Assembly: GCA_041576165.1 (NCBI GenBank)
Contig: JBFGLM010000013.1
Span: forward strand, 27,893-91,892
Direction of reading: 5' to 3'
DNA from: Acidimicrobiia bacterium
GTDB taxonomy: Bacteria; Actinomycetota; Acidimicrobiia; Spongiisociales; Spongiisociaceae
DNA length: 64,000 nucleotides
Positions 1 through 10,142 of this stretch are shown here, piece after piece. The first letter of the stretch is position 1, and each line of letters opens with the position of its first letter. Under the pieces are notes generated by a model, which worked only from the letters and a program-made list of their open reading frames with translations, was not told where the DNA came from and did no database searches. Both the position numbers and the translations under genes were made by a program.

Positions 1-162
1 GATCGCAAACGCGACAAGGCCGGTGGTCGCCCCGATCGCGGTTGTGAACCACCGCCAGCCGCGTGGAGCAAGGTCAAACAGCTTGTTGGCTCCGATGAAG
101 ATGAGGGCGCTTCCGCCGACTGCAACTCCCACGCCGACGAGCGTTGCAATCACCCGATCCAT
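1..162 (-). CDS. Sugar ABC transporter permease, N-terminal part (runs off window)
   Basis: ATG at 162 preceded by GGGAGG; open hydrophobic frame MDRVIATLVGVGVAVGGSALIFIGANKLFD...; directly downstream of a sugar-binding protein gene. Confidence 0.6.
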   Translation of the reverse strand, partial: MDRVIATLVGVGVAVGGSALIFIGANKLFDLAPRGWRWFTTAIGATTGLVAFAI

Positions 163-244
163 CGGTTGCTGCCTCCCTTGGATGCTCGAACACTCACCCT
201 AGAGCCACAGCTCTCCTCATGCCTCGGAACTGCCGCGAAACACG

Positions 245-272
245 GCGGGCGCCGGTAGTCACCGGCGCCCGC
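245..272. terminator. Intergenic stem-loop between binding protein and permease genes
   Basis: Perfect 12-bp inverted repeat GCGGGCGCCGGT-AGTC-ACCGGCGCCCGC; may be a stabiliser or attenuator. Confidence 0.55.
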
Positions 273-301
273 TTGTTCGTCGGTCAGTTCATCAACCGAC
301 C

Positions 302-1723
302 TCAGCTCTCCCACTGGGCATCGATGTTCGAGGCAGCTGTCTCTGCGTCGATGTCACCGTTGACGAAGGCCGTGGCCGAACGCCAGAACTCCGCGTTCAC
401 CGGCGTGGGCATGTTGTCGGATCCGTCGAAGCGGAAGATCTCCGCGCCCTGGAGGATGTCCAGGAACGACTGCTCGAGCGGCTCCCACAAGCTCTGGTCG
501 GCCTCGGCGTGCGGCGACAAGAACCCACTCAGCACCGCCCCACCACCATTAGCGAGCTTCTGGAAACGCTGACGGGAGTTGGCGTAATCACCGGTTGCCA
601 TGTACTCCATGACCGCGGTGACTTCCGGACGGTCGCTGAATTGCACGGGGTAGACCCCGCCGCCCAGCACGGGCCGGACGTCCGGATCGACCGGCGGGAA
701 GTAGAACACATCGACACCGACCACGCCGTCATCGTTGACGTCATCACCGAAATACTGGCCTTCGGGCATGAACGCCGCGAAGAAGTTGGCTTGGCGGTGC
801 ATCATGCAAGTGCCGTCCGCGAGAGGCGGGCCGTTGTCACCAAACAGGGTGGTGGCGATGGAGCCGCCGGCCGCGTATGTACCGCCCGGGGTGTCCCAGA
901 GGTCGCGGATCTCGTTGAAGATCTCAACGATGCGCTCGTCGCTGAAGCGGACATCGCCGGTCACCCACTCGTCGTAGATCTCACCGCCATGGAAGCGGAG
1001 CAGCAAGTCCTCGGTCCAGTCCGTGAAGGGCCATCCGGTGGCACCACCACCGGAGTCGATGCCAACGCACCAAGGAGTGTCGCCGTTGGCAATCATGTCG
1101 TTGGTGAGCGTTTTCAGCTCGTCCCACGTCTCCGGAACGGTGTAGCCCTTCTCGGCGAAGGTCGCCGGGCGGTACCACACGATCGATTTCAGGTCGGCCT
1201 TGGTCGGGATGCCGTACTGAACGCCGTCGACGTTGCCCAAAGACCACAATCCCTCAGGAGTGGTCGACTGCACGGTCGCGGTGAGCTCATCCGAAAGCGG
1301 AACCAGCACGCCCAGGCGGGCGAAGTCGGCCAGCTTGCCGGGCTGTGGGAGAATCCCGATGTCCGGCGGGTTGCCGCCCTCGACCTGCACGTTGATCTGG
1401 TCCGAGAAGTCGCGGGCGCCCGTGTAGGTGATTGTCATGCCATTGGCGGCCGCAAACAGGTCGAGCGCCGCCTGGAAGGCACCGGCCTCGACGTCGGACG
1501 ACTCCGGACCGAACACGGTCACCGTAGTCCCCGCCAACGGGTTTTCTGCCTCCACCTCAACGGTTTCGGTGATGACCGAGGTCTCCGTAACGATCGACGT
1601 CTCGGTCACGACTGACGTGACCACCACCGTCTCGGGCGTGCCACCACTATCGTCGCCACACGCGGCCGCGACGATCGCAAGCCCGAGAGTGAGCGCGACC
1701 GCCTTCCTGATACGTCTGTTCAT
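302..1723 (-). CDS. Carbohydrate ABC transporter substrate-binding lipoprotein (alpha-glucoside AglE-like)
   Basis: AGGAGG before ATG 1723; lipobox AAAC; motifs GNPPDIGILPQPG, KSIVWY, TGWPFTDWTED, FRFDGSD. Confidence 0.88.
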   Translation of the reverse strand: MNRRIRKAVALTLGLAIVAAACGDDSGGTPETVVVTSVVTETSIVTETSVITETVEVEAENPLAGTTVTVFGPESSDVEAGAFQAALDLFAAANGMTITYTGARDFSDQINVQVEGGNPPDIGILPQPGKLADFARLGVLVPLSDELTATVQSTTPEGLWSLGNVDGVQYGIPTKADLKSIVWYRPATFAEKGYTVPETWDELKTLTNDMIANGDTPWCVGIDSGGGATGWPFTDWTEDLLLRFHGGEIYDEWVTGDVRFSDERIVEIFNEIRDLWDTPGGTYAAGGSIATTLFGDNGPPLADGTCMMHRQANFFAAFMPEGQYFGDDVNDDGVVGVDVFYFPPVDPDVRPVLGGGVYPVQFSDRPEVTAVMEYMATGDYANSRQRFQKLANGGGAVLSGFLSPHAEADQSLWEPLEQSFLDILQGAEIFRFDGSDNMPTPVNAEFWRSATAFVNGDIDAETAASNIDAQWES

Positions 1724-1952
1724 CCGTCCTCCTGTCTTATCCGCCAAGCCAAACGAGCGGACTATGAGCAGCTCCACTCGCCGATGCAGGTTGGCGGACC
1801 GGAGCATAGCGCCGGAGGGGTGGCGGGACCACAGGGGACGATTGGACTGAGCCGTTGCCGGGCCGATCTTCTGGCCAGATCGGATCGCCCGACCAGATCG
1901 CTATCGAAGGATGCATCTAACGACCGCGGCCGGCCCCAAGGGCTACCGGCTG

Positions 1953-2780
1953 CTATTCACCGGTGAACCTCGGTGACCTGCGTTCGATCTGCGCCGCAAC
2001 CCCTTCGGCCAAGTCGGCCGACCGGATGAAGGCCGAATTCCACACCGCCATGTAGTCGAGCGCTTCCGCCGTGGTCCGGCCTTCCCCGGCGTGCAGGACT
2101 GCCTTCAAACCCTGCACGGCCAGCGGGGAGTTGGCCGCGATCTCGGCGGCCAGCTCGCGAACGGCCTTGTGGAGCGTGTCGAAGTCCGGGTGCACGTCGT
2201 TGACGAGACCGATCTCTCTGGCGCGGGCTGCGGTGATGTCCTTGCCGGTGTAGAGCAGCTCGGCAGCGTGCCCGGGGGCCAGAATTCGGGGAAGCCGCTG
2301 GACCGTGCCCACGTCGGCGACCATCCCCAGCTTGGTTTCTCGAACCGAGAAGACGGCGTCCTCCGACGCCACCCGGATGTCGCACGCCGTGATCAGATCT
2401 ACCGCGCCTCCCAAGCAGTAACCGTGGATCGCGGCGATCACCGGCTTCGGACAGCGTTCGGCCGCGGTCATCGTGGCCTGCATCCGCTTGAGCGCTCGAT
2501 AGAACGTCATGTTCTTGGCAGCCGGAGACGTTGACGGACCCTCAGCTGAAATCCCCAAATCGCCGAACAACGCAAGGTCGATGCCAACCGAGAATGCCCG
2601 ACCACGGCCCGCAACTACGACCACGCGTACGTCGCCGTCGTCGCCAAGTGACTCCATGACCCTAGGAAAGTCCTCCCAGAAAGGGAGATTCATGGCGTTC
2701 AGTTTCTCGGCTCGATCGAGCCACACCGTCGCCACATGGTCCGAGACCTCGATATCCAGCACGTCAGACGTAAAAGCCAT
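1953..2780 (-). CDS. Enoyl-CoA hydratase/isomerase (crotonase) family
   Basis: FSVGIDL, PKPVIAAIHGYCLGG, ACDIR, ETKLGMVADVG. Confidence 0.92.
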   Translation of the reverse strand: MAFTSDVLDIEVSDHVATVWLDRAEKLNAMNLPFWEDFPRVMESLGDDGDVRVVVVAGRGRAFSVGIDLALFGDLGISAEGPSTSPAAKNMTFYRALKRMQATMTAAERCPKPVIAAIHGYCLGGAVDLITACDIRVASEDAVFSVRETKLGMVADVGTVQRLPRILAPGHAAELLYTGKDITAARAREIGLVNDVHPDFDTLHKAVRELAAEIAANSPLAVQGLKAVLHAGEGRTTAEALDYMAVWNSAFIRSADLAEGVAAQIERRSPRFTGE

Positions 2781-2858
2781 GCGGCAAGCGTAGATCGGCG
2801 GCCGCTCCTGGGTCGCTTCAGTTCGCCATCCCGGCGGCCACGGTGCCGCTCGCCGGGC

Positions 2859-3524
2859 TCACGCAATCTCGGTGATGAGCTCTTCGAAACGGGCGTTGAT
2901 GGCATCCGCTCGGCGGCGGTACGCGGCGATGGCTGCAACCCCGATTCCTGCCCAAGCCACGATGGCGGGCACGAGGCTCCCTGGCCCGAGCACCAGCCAC
3001 ACGAGGGCTGAGCCCCCGCCGGCCCATGTCCCGTACCCGGCGGCCTTGGGCCGCAGATCGGCCTGGACCCGGACCTGGGTGTAGGCCGACGACCGGGCTC
3101 GGACCCCTGTCATGACATGGATCTCCGATCCGAGCCGTTGCAGGTCGGGCCACCAGTCACGTCGCTGCGTCCAGCACCCGAAGGCGTGCATCGGGCAACG
3201 ATCCATGAGCCGTTTGCGCAGCGCCTCATCGAGGCGGCGAGCCACGATCGGCGCCGGGAGCGCCAGTATGGCCTCCGCGGTAACACGGCCAGCCTGCACC
3301 GACGTGGTCGGCGAATCGAGCTCCCGTAGGGCCCGATGGATCACGCGGTCCTCGATGCCCAACTCCCTTCCCAGCGCGAGAGCGTCGAGGGCTGAGTAGA
3401 CGCCCCCCTCGTCTTCGTCCGTGAGAGACGTTGCTCGCTCCAGCACCCATTGGAGCTGCCGGTAGCTGAGCCGGCGGCTTCCGTCTCTGCTCACAGCGGC
3501 CGGTTGTTCAACCTGGTCACCCAT
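2859..3524 (-). CDS. Hypothetical protein with two C-terminal TM helices
   Basis: 221-aa ORF; TAACTT -10-like hexamer just upstream of ATG; hydrophobic C-terminal hairpin. Confidence 0.6.
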   Translation of the reverse strand: MGDQVEQPAAVSRDGSRRLSYRQLQWVLERATSLTDEDEGGVYSALDALALGRELGIEDRVIHRALRELDSPTTSVQAGRVTAEAILALPAPIVARRLDEALRKRLMDRCPMHAFGCWTQRRDWWPDLQRLGSEIHVMTGVRARSSAYTQVRVQADLRPKAAGYGTWAGGGSALVWLVLGPGSLVPAIVAWAGIGVAAIAAYRRRADAINARFEELITEIA

Positions 3525-3600
3525 GTTGTGAAGTTATCACCAGCAGCCCGATATGCGCGAGTGACTCGCGGCCCGGGCGGATCGGGTCTTGAATGTGGTG

Positions 3601-4668
3601 ATGCGCAAACTGGTGCCTGTGATTCTCTCTGGTGGGATCGGTTCACGATTGTGGCCCGAATCGCGCCGAGCCCGGCCCAAACAGCTTTCGCGCCTGGTGG
3701 GCCCGACCAGCTTGCTCCAGCTCACCGTCGAACGGGTGGCGCACATCCCAGGGGCGGCGCCGCCGCTGATCGTCTGCGGCGAGGCGCATGTGGCTGTAAT
3801 CCGCGAGCAGCTAGCTGAGATCGGCGAATCGGCGGGCATGACAATCGTGGAACCGTTCGGGCGCAGCACCGCACCGGCGGCCGCGGCGGCCGCCCTCGTG
3901 TCACAGCCCGACGATGTTCTGCTGATCGCGCCGGCCGATCACATCGTGCGGGACACGGACGCCTTCGTCGCAGCCGTCGAGAAAGCTGCGCAGGTGGCCG
4001 CGGCAGGATGGCTCGTGACATTCGGCGTAGCGCCCACCGCCCCGGAAGCGGGTTTCGGATACATCGAGCACGGCGACGAAATCGAAGGGCATTCGGGTGC
4101 TCGGATCGTGGCCCGGTTTGTCGAGAAGCCGGACCTGGCGACTGCAATCAGGTTCGGAAAGACCGCACGCCACTGGTGGAACAGCGGCATGTTCGTCTTC
4201 GGCGCAAGCACCTACCTCTCCGAATTGGAAACCTTCGCCCCGGAGATCCTCTCTCATACCCGCCGAGCCGTTGACGCAGCAACGGCTACGGCCGGGGAAG
4301 TGACGCTGGACCGGGCGGAATTCGCGGCCTGCCCGCAAGATTCAATCGATTACGCCGTTCTGGAACACACCGCCCGGGCGGCGATGGTTCCGCTCGACGC
4401 CGGATGGAGCGATGTCGGCTCGTGGGACGCGCTATGGGAGATCGGGACCAAGGATGAGAACGGCAACGTGACGAGCGGACCGGTCTACCTCGACGACACC
4501 ACCAACTCGTACGTCCGTGCCGCCAGCCGGGCGGTCGCGGTGAGCGGGTTAGATGGCGTCGTCGTGGTCGAAACGGCCGACGCGGTCCTCATTGTGCATC
4601 GGCAGAAATCCCAGGCCGTCAGGAGCCTCGTCGAGCGACTCGCAGAGGAGAATCCTGACCTGGTCTGA
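3601..4668 (+). CDS. manC: Mannose-1-phosphate guanylyltransferase
   Basis: VILSGGIGSRLWPESR..PKQ, PADH, FVEKPD, WNSGMF, SIDYAV, WSDVGSW; no C-terminal cupin/PMI domain. Confidence 0.9.
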   Translation: MRKLVPVILSGGIGSRLWPESRRARPKQLSRLVGPTSLLQLTVERVAHIPGAAPPLIVCGEAHVAVIREQLAEIGESAGMTIVEPFGRSTAPAAAAAALVSQPDDVLLIAPADHIVRDTDAFVAAVEKAAQVAAAGWLVTFGVAPTAPEAGFGYIEHGDEIEGHSGARIVARFVEKPDLATAIRFGKTARHWWNSGMFVFGASTYLSELETFAPEILSHTRRAVDAATATAGEVTLDRAEFAACPQDSIDYAVLEHTARAAMVPLDAGWSDVGSWDALWEIGTKDENGNVTSGPVYLDDTTNSYVRAASRAVAVSGLDGVVVVETADAVLIVHRQKSQAVRSLVERLAEENPDLV

Positions 4669-4708
4669 ATGCAAGGCTCCGGCTACTCGCCCCCTGGGCG
4701 ATGCTGCA

Positions 4709-6109
4709 TCAACGAACCGGGACGACCTTGGATACGGTCCCTTCGAAGGTGACGATGTAGATCTCCCCCGCACCGTCGATCCCCATGCCGTTCACCTGGC
4801 CGGCGTCGTCGAACCAGCGGTTCTCTTCGACGACAGCGCCATCACGGTAAAGCACGCTCTTCACCCATTTGTTGCACCAATCCGCGAAGAAGTACTGACC
4901 GTGCAGTTCCGGTATCGCCTGACCGCGATAGACCACCCCACCCGTAACCGAACAGCCCTCATCCGGGTCGTCCAGGTTGTGGCCGTATTCCACGATGGGC
5001 AGCACGTAGTTGCTCGGGTCACAGCCTGATTCGAAGAAACAGCGGGTGCCCTCGACATTGGCCCATCCGAAGTTGTATCCACCTCCGGCGGTCGAAACGA
5101 CGCTCACTTCCTCACGGTCGCCCTGCCCCACGTCGGCCACGTAGAGCAATTCCTCCACCGGATCGATGTCGAAGCGCCATGGGTTACGCAGACCATAGGC
5201 CCACACTTCCTCGGCACCGCCCCCGCTCACGAACGGGTTGTCGGCCGGAATCGCGTACGGGTCTCCCCCATCCACGTCCAGCCGCAGAATGGCCGCATAG
5301 AACGAGCCCGAGTTCTGACCCTGACCGCGGGCGTCCGCCCCGTCGCCCAGCGAGACATACAGGTACCCATCTGGGCCGAACTGGAGCATGCCGCCGTAGT
5401 GCCGGATGTCGGTGGAGTCAGGCGGCTGGGGCAGACTGAACAGCACCTTTTCGGAGTTGGGGTCACCTCCGCCTTCGTCGCCGGAGAACTCGGAGAGGGT
5501 GCGGCGCCCGTCTCGGTTCGTGTAGTAGACAAACAGGCGTCCGTTCGTCTCGTATGCGGGATGGAACGCCAATCCGAGCAGCCCCTGCTCGATCCCGTTG
5601 GCCAGTACCCGATCGGCCAGGTTGAGCCACGACTCCTCGACCAACCCGCCGGCGTCGATCACACGGATACGCCCTAGTCGCTCCGCCACGAACTGGCGCG
5701 ACTCGCCCGGGGGCGTGACGAGGATGGTCGGCTGCTGCAGGCCGTCGGTTATCAATTGCAGCTCAATCCCCTGCAGCGGTTCTTCGGGCAAGGTGACCGT
5801 CGTGGTGGCCTCCGTTGCTGTCGCCGGCGTCGCCGTCGTGCCGTCGGCTTCTCCGCCAGGCGCAGTCTCCTCCCCCTCCACCGCCGCGCCGGCGACGTCG
5901 CCGGTCGTCGCCGCAGTCGCAGCCGGCTCCTCGCCTGCTTCGGCCGAAGTGTCACCTTCCACGATGGCATCGCCCTGGTTGAACGCCACCGCCCAGATCG
6001 ATCCGATGACGAGCACGACGACCATGGCCCCAACCATGGTTCGGAGGTTTGGACCGGGCGCACGGGATGGCTCAGGCGGTAGCACGGGAGGCGAGTGTAC
6101 TGTGGTCAC
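4709..6109 (-). CDS. Membrane-anchored PQQ-dependent glucose/sorbosone dehydrogenase family protein
   Basis: N-terminal TM and Thr/Ala linker; EQGLLGLAFHP, HYGGMLQFGPDGYLYVSLGDG, YGLRNPWR, SVTGG. Confidence 0.9.
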   Translation of the reverse strand: MTTVHSPPVLPPEPSRAPGPNLRTMVGAMVVVLVIGSIWAVAFNQGDAIVEGDTSAEAGEEPAATAATTGDVAGAAVEGEETAPGGEADGTTATPATATEATTTVTLPEEPLQGIELQLITDGLQQPTILVTPPGESRQFVAERLGRIRVIDAGGLVEESWLNLADRVLANGIEQGLLGLAFHPAYETNGRLFVYYTNRDGRRTLSEFSGDEGGGDPNSEKVLFSLPQPPDSTDIRHYGGMLQFGPDGYLYVSLGDGADARGQGQNSGSFYAAILRLDVDGGDPYAIPADNPFVSGGGAEEVWAYGLRNPWRFDIDPVEELLYVADVGQGDREEVSVVSTAGGGYNFGWANVEGTRCFFESGCDPSNYVLPIVEYGHNLDDPDEGCSVTGGVVYRGQAIPELHGQYFFADWCNKWVKSVLYRDGAVVEENRWFDDAGQVNGMGIDGAGEIYIVTFEGTVSKVVPVR

Positions 6110-6178
6110 GAGACATCCTGTCGCCGTCCCTCAGGGCACTTTTGGGCTGTCCTGGGGGGCCGGTCTACGCTCACGCCG

Positions 6179-6586
6179 ATGTCACGCACGATGTTGCTCT
6201 CCGCCATCGCCGCCACCACCCTGTTCGTGTCGTCCTGCGGCGGTGACGGCGAATCGACCCAGGCAGTCATGACAGAGTTTGCGTTCGCCCCGACCACCTG
6301 GACAGTGCCGGCCGGCACGGAGGTGACCGTTGAATTGGTGAACAACGGTACCGTCGAACACAACTGGGCCGTGTTGACAGCCGGCTCCGAGATCAGCAGC
6401 GAAGGGGACCTGCCCCAAGACCCAGCGGCGCGCGACGCGCTGTATCTGGTCAAAGGATCGGCCGCACCCGGCGAGACGACCTCGATCACATTCACGGCCC
6501 CCGATCCCGGCGAATATCAGGTGATCTGCGACATCCAGGCGCACTTCAGCGCCGGCATGCGCGGGACCCTGATCGTCGACGGTTGA
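6179..6586 (+). CDS. Cupredoxin (type-1 copper) lipoprotein
   Basis: Lipobox SSC; HNW plus C-x4-H-x4-M (CDIQAHFSAGM) copper ligands. Confidence 0.85.
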   Translation: MSRTMLLSAIAATTLFVSSCGGDGESTQAVMTEFAFAPTTWTVPAGTEVTVELVNNGTVEHNWAVLTAGSEISSEGDLPQDPAARDALYLVKGSAAPGETTSITFTAPDPGEYQVICDIQAHFSAGMRGTLIVDG

Positions 6587-6604
6587 CCAGCACCCCGGAG
6601 GTCT

Positions 6605-7711
6605 TCAAGTAAGGGGCAGCTCGACCCGCACCGTCGTGCCGCGGCCGACCGCCGTCTGCACCTCGAACGTGCCGCCGAACTCCTCCGCCCGGACACGGAG
6701 GTTCTCGAGCCCCATCCCCCGTTCCACCGATGCCGGATCGAATCCAACCCCGTTGTCTGCCACCTGCACCACGACGCTCTTTCCGTCCGACAGCACGTTC
6801 ACCGCAATCTCGTCGGTGTCGGCGTGCCGTAATGCGTTGCTGGTGCTCTCCTTCACGATGTGGAATAGGGCGGCGGTCGCGGCGTCGTTCAGCATGTTGA
6901 GATCACCGGCCACGCTCACCTCCGGCGTGCATCCATAGGGTTCACCAAGTTCCTCTACCAGTTCGATCAGCTCTCCCTCGATGTCCCGCACGTCGGGCAT
7001 CCGCCGAAGATCGAAAATGAAGCGGCGCAGCGCAGCGATCGACGCATCCAGCCGGCGAACCGAGGCTTCGATGTCCGCGCGGACCTCGGAGTCGCCGGTC
7101 CGCAGGCTCAGGCCCTGCAATGACAGGCCTACTGCAAAGAGATCTTGAATGATCTCATCATGTACGTCGCGCGCAATCCGCTCCCGGTCTTCCACGACGG
7201 CGAGGCGCCGGAGTCGATCCTGGAGCTGCATGGTCGACACAGCGGCACCTCCCACCAGCGCCAGTGCCTCCACCATCGTTTCGTCCTGCTCGACGAAGCC
7301 GCCCGGCTTGTTGGTCAGATACAGGTTGCCGAAGACCCGATCCCCGGCGCGCACGGGGACACCGAGAAACGTGTCCATCGGCGGATGGTTTTCCGGGAAA
7401 CCCACCGAATCCGAATGATCCCGGATGCGGTCGATTCGCACGGTCTTGCCGATGCGGGTGATCGTTCCCAGCACCCCGTGACCCCGCGGGGGCGGTCCGA
7501 TGCGTGCGGCGGTCTCGTGGTCGATGCCACTCCACAGGAACTCGACCAACGTTCCGTGCGAGCCGAGGATGCCGAGCGCGCCATAGCCTGCCCCCGTCAG
7601 CTCGATGGCGGTCTCAACAATGGTTCGTAGCAGTGCCCTGAGGTCGCCTTGCCCGGCCACCTGGGCAGCGGCGTCGAAGAGCTTGGAGAGGCGCTCGGTG
7701 GCCATTTGCAT
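6605..7711 (-). CDS. GAF sensor histidine kinase, DosS/DevS-like
   Basis: GAF motif SVGFPENHPPMDTFLGVP; HisKA_3 RERIARDVHD; DNGVGF and GMGL ATP-binding boxes. Confidence 0.9.
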   Translation of the reverse strand: MQMATERLSKLFDAAAQVAGQGDLRALLRTIVETAIELTGAGYGALGILGSHGTLVEFLWSGIDHETAARIGPPPRGHGVLGTITRIGKTVRIDRIRDHSDSVGFPENHPPMDTFLGVPVRAGDRVFGNLYLTNKPGGFVEQDETMVEALALVGGAAVSTMQLQDRLRRLAVVEDRERIARDVHDEIIQDLFAVGLSLQGLSLRTGDSEVRADIEASVRRLDASIAALRRFIFDLRRMPDVRDIEGELIELVEELGEPYGCTPEVSVAGDLNMLNDAATAALFHIVKESTSNALRHADTDEIAVNVLSDGKSVVVQVADNGVGFDPASVERGMGLENLRVRAEEFGGTFEVQTAVGRGTTVRVELPLT

Positions 7712-7757
7712 ACTGCGAGATTAGAAGCCATCGGGAAAAGCGGCTAACTCGCGGGCC

Positions 7758-7793
7758 GGGTACACAGTCCCAGCAAACGGGGACGCAAGGCCC
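7758..7793. promoter_or_regulatory. Tandem DosR/DevR-like boxes
   Basis: GGGTA-CACA-GTCCC (7758-7771) and GGGAC-GCAA-GGCCC (7780-7793), 22 bp apart, between the divergent kinase and regulator genes. Confidence 0.6.
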
Positions 7794-7828
7794 ACGAACT
7801 CCTCAGCCACGACGGGTAACTTGTTTCC

Positions 7829-8503
7829 ATGACGCGGATTCTCCTGGTTGATGATCACGAGGTGGTTCGCCAGGGCCTCAGAAGCCTGATCGACCAGGAG
7901 GTCGACCTTCAAGTGGTGGGTGAAGCCGGCACGGCGGCCGAGGCGCTGCGCCGGGCCGGGTACGACAGCCCAGATGTGGTGGTTCTCGATGTTCGATTAC
8001 CAGACGGTTCGGGAGTCGAGGTGTGCCGGGACCTGCGCCTCCGCTTTCCCAACCTGAGGATCATGATGTTGACCAGCCACTCCGATGGCGAGGCGCTCCG
8101 AGCGGCCGTGCAGGCCGGGGCCGACGGCTTTGTCCTCAAGCAGGTAGACCTTGCCTACATCATTGAGAGCATCCGCCGCGTCGCTGCCGGAGAACCGATC
8201 ATCGACCCCTCACTGTCGCGGGAGGTCGTTCGATTCATGCGAGGCGAGACCGATGAGGACCCCACCCTGGCCTCGATGACCGAACAGGAGCGAACCATCC
8301 TCAACCTGCTGGGAGACGGGTTATCGAACCGGGAGATCGCCGATCAGGTCTACCTGGCGGAGAAGACCGTCAAGAATTATGTTTCTCGCATTCTGGCCAA
8401 GCTGGGGATGTCGACCCGCAGTGAAGCGGCCGCCTTCGTGGCCCGCCAGCGGGCCGGAGCCGGGCGGGCCGGCGATCCCGAAGAGTGGAGCAGCACGGTT
8501 TGA
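7829..8503 (+). CDS. NarL/LuxR-family response regulator, DosR/DevR-like
   Basis: LVDDHEVVR, LDVRLPDGSG, HTH SNREIA...AEKTVKNYVS. Confidence 0.92.
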   Translation: MTRILLVDDHEVVRQGLRSLIDQEVDLQVVGEAGTAAEALRRAGYDSPDVVVLDVRLPDGSGVEVCRDLRLRFPNLRIMMLTSHSDGEALRAAVQAGADGFVLKQVDLAYIIESIRRVAAGEPIIDPSLSREVVRFMRGETDEDPTLASMTEQERTILNLLGDGLSNREIADQVYLAEKTVKNYVSRILAKLGMSTRSEAAAFVARQRAGAGRAGDPEEWSSTV

Positions 8504-8925
8504 TCGTTCTCGGTGCGGTTGATGGGTCGGAGCACACCGACATAGTTGTGCGCCAGGCGGTGCGGTTCGCCAAGCTCATGGACGCCGACCTCCACCTCCT
8601 GCATGTCGTGCACCTCACAGGGCTCTACTACTCGGCACTGGCAGGCGTGCTGATCGACGAGACCGAATTGGAGCAGCGGCTCGTGGCTTCGGTTTGGGAG
8701 CGCGTTGAGCCGTTGATCGAATCGCTGGATGGGCTGACGGTCACCACAGTCAGCCGCAGCGGGTACGCCGCCAACGCCATCACAGATTACGCCGACGAGG
8801 TCGATGCCGAACTCATCGTGATAGGTTCGCGCGGGTGGGGAGCTGTCAAGGCGGCCGTCCTGGGCAGCACCAGCCAGCGGGTGCTCCACGAAACCGACCG
8901 CAACGTGCTGGTGGTGAGCGTCTGA
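8485..8925 (+). CDS. Universal stress protein
   Basis: AVDGS...LIVIGSRGWG...LGSTSQRVL. Confidence 0.9.
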   Translation: MEQHGLIVLGAVDGSEHTDIVVRQAVRFAKLMDADLHLLHVVHLTGLYYSALAGVLIDETELEQRLVASVWERVEPLIESLDGLTVTTVSRSGYAANAITDYADEVDAELIVIGSRGWGAVKAAVLGSTSQRVLHETDRNVLVVSV

Positions 8926-8956
8926 GCGGTCGGGTGCCGGACCGTCGTGTGCCCCA

Positions 8957-9400
8957 TCACCGGGCAAGAGGGGTGCCACCGGCGTCGAAGGGGCCGGCTC
9001 CGCGACCGGTCAGCTCAACAATCTCCACCGTCACGACCACCTCGTCATCCGCGGCGCGTCCGACGAAGGCGCCCACCGTGGGGCCATATTTGCGCAGGAT
9101 CGCTGCCAGGATCTGCTGCATGTGGGGACCGCCGCTCACCCGATGGGCCGTACCACGGGCAATGACGCATTTCCATTCGCCCGTATCGAGGTTGTGGCGG
9201 CTCACCTCGATACACACTCGCGGATCCCGGTCGATAGCCGCGAGGCGCGTGCCGGTCCGCGTTCGAAACGCAAGATGATCACCCGAGAACACGTACGCCA
9301 CCGGCGTCACATATGGCCCCCGATCGGTCGACACTGCCACGTGTGCGACGTGCTCGGTCTGCAGAAGCTCCAGGCAGGTCTCGAACGACAATTCCTCCAT
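8957..9400 (-). CDS. Pyridoxamine 5'-phosphate oxidase-like (split-barrel flavin-binding) protein
   Basis: EELSFETCLELL, PYVTPV, VCIEV, WKCVIARG. Confidence 0.82.
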   Translation of the reverse strand: MEELSFETCLELLQTEHVAHVAVSTDRGPYVTPVAYVFSGDHLAFRTRTGTRLAAIDRDPRVCIEVSRHNLDTGEWKCVIARGTAHRVSGGPHMQQILAAILRKYGPTVGAFVGRAADDEVVVTVEIVELTGRGAGPFDAGGTPLAR

Positions 9401-9436
9401 GAGTCGATGATGCGCCAATCACACGACCGGGTGCAT

Positions 9437-9472
9437 CGGACCGATTGCCCTGTCGACCGGGTCTTCGGTCCC
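9437..9472. promoter_or_regulatory. Tandem DosR/DevR-like boxes
   Basis: CGGAC-CGAT-TGCCC (9437-9450) and GGGTC-TTCG-GTCCC (9459-9472), again 22 bp apart, in a divergent promoter region. Confidence 0.55.
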
Positions 9473-9491
9473 GGCAGGTAGCCTGGCGGCT

Positions 9492-10133
9492 GTGACCAAG
9501 CAACTTCGTATCCAGGTCGTCGACGACCATGACGTCGTTCGCGCCGGAGTCATCTCCTTCCTCAACGGTCATGACGACCTCACAGTCGTGGGGGATGCGG
9601 CCAACGGCAAAGAAGCGCTTGCCCTGGTCGAGGCGCTGGAACCTGATGTGGTAGTGCTCGACGTCCGGCTGGGCGACGATGACGGAATCGATGTCTGCCG
9701 TGAAATCAAGGCCGCACGACCAGAAACGGTGGTGCTGATGTTTACGTCTTTTGCGGACGCCGACGCCCTCGAAGCGGCGATGCTCGCGGGCGCCAACGGT
9801 TACCTGCTCAAACGCATTTCGATGGATGACCTCGTCGACGGCATCCGACGAGCTGCGGCCGGCGAGACCCTGCTCGAGCAGGAGGCCAGCGACCTGCTTT
9901 CACGGCGGATGCGCGGCGACACTTCCGCCGACCCGCGCCTCGCCAAGCTGTCGCCCCAGGAGCGGACGGTATTGCGGCTCATCGCCGAGGGCCGGACCAA
10001 TCGCCAGATCGCCGAGGAGATGTCCCTGGCTGAAAAGACTGTGAAGAACTACGTGTCGAATTTGCTCCGCAAGCTGGACATGCGCCGCAGATCAGAGGCC
10101 GCGGCCTTTCGGGCCAGCCTTCCAGAGTCCTAG
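9492..10133 (+). CDS. Second DosR/DevR-like response regulator
   Basis: VVDDHDVVR, LDVRL, AEKTVKNYVS; clear paralog of 7829..8503. Confidence 0.9.
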   Translation: MTKQLRIQVVDDHDVVRAGVISFLNGHDDLTVVGDAANGKEALALVEALEPDVVVLDVRLGDDDGIDVCREIKAARPETVVLMFTSFADADALEAAMLAGANGYLLKRISMDDLVDGIRRAAAGETLLEQEASDLLSRRMRGDTSADPRLAKLSPQERTVLRLIAEGRTNRQIAEEMSLAEKTVKNYVSNLLRKLDMRRRSEAAAFRASLPES

Positions 10134-10142
10134 TCGACCGCG

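Noticed and set aside
6128-6139. Third copy of the hairpin-repeat core (reverse complement GTGCCCTGAGGG)
   Set aside because: Only 12 bp match with no arms; could be chance in GC-rich DNA.
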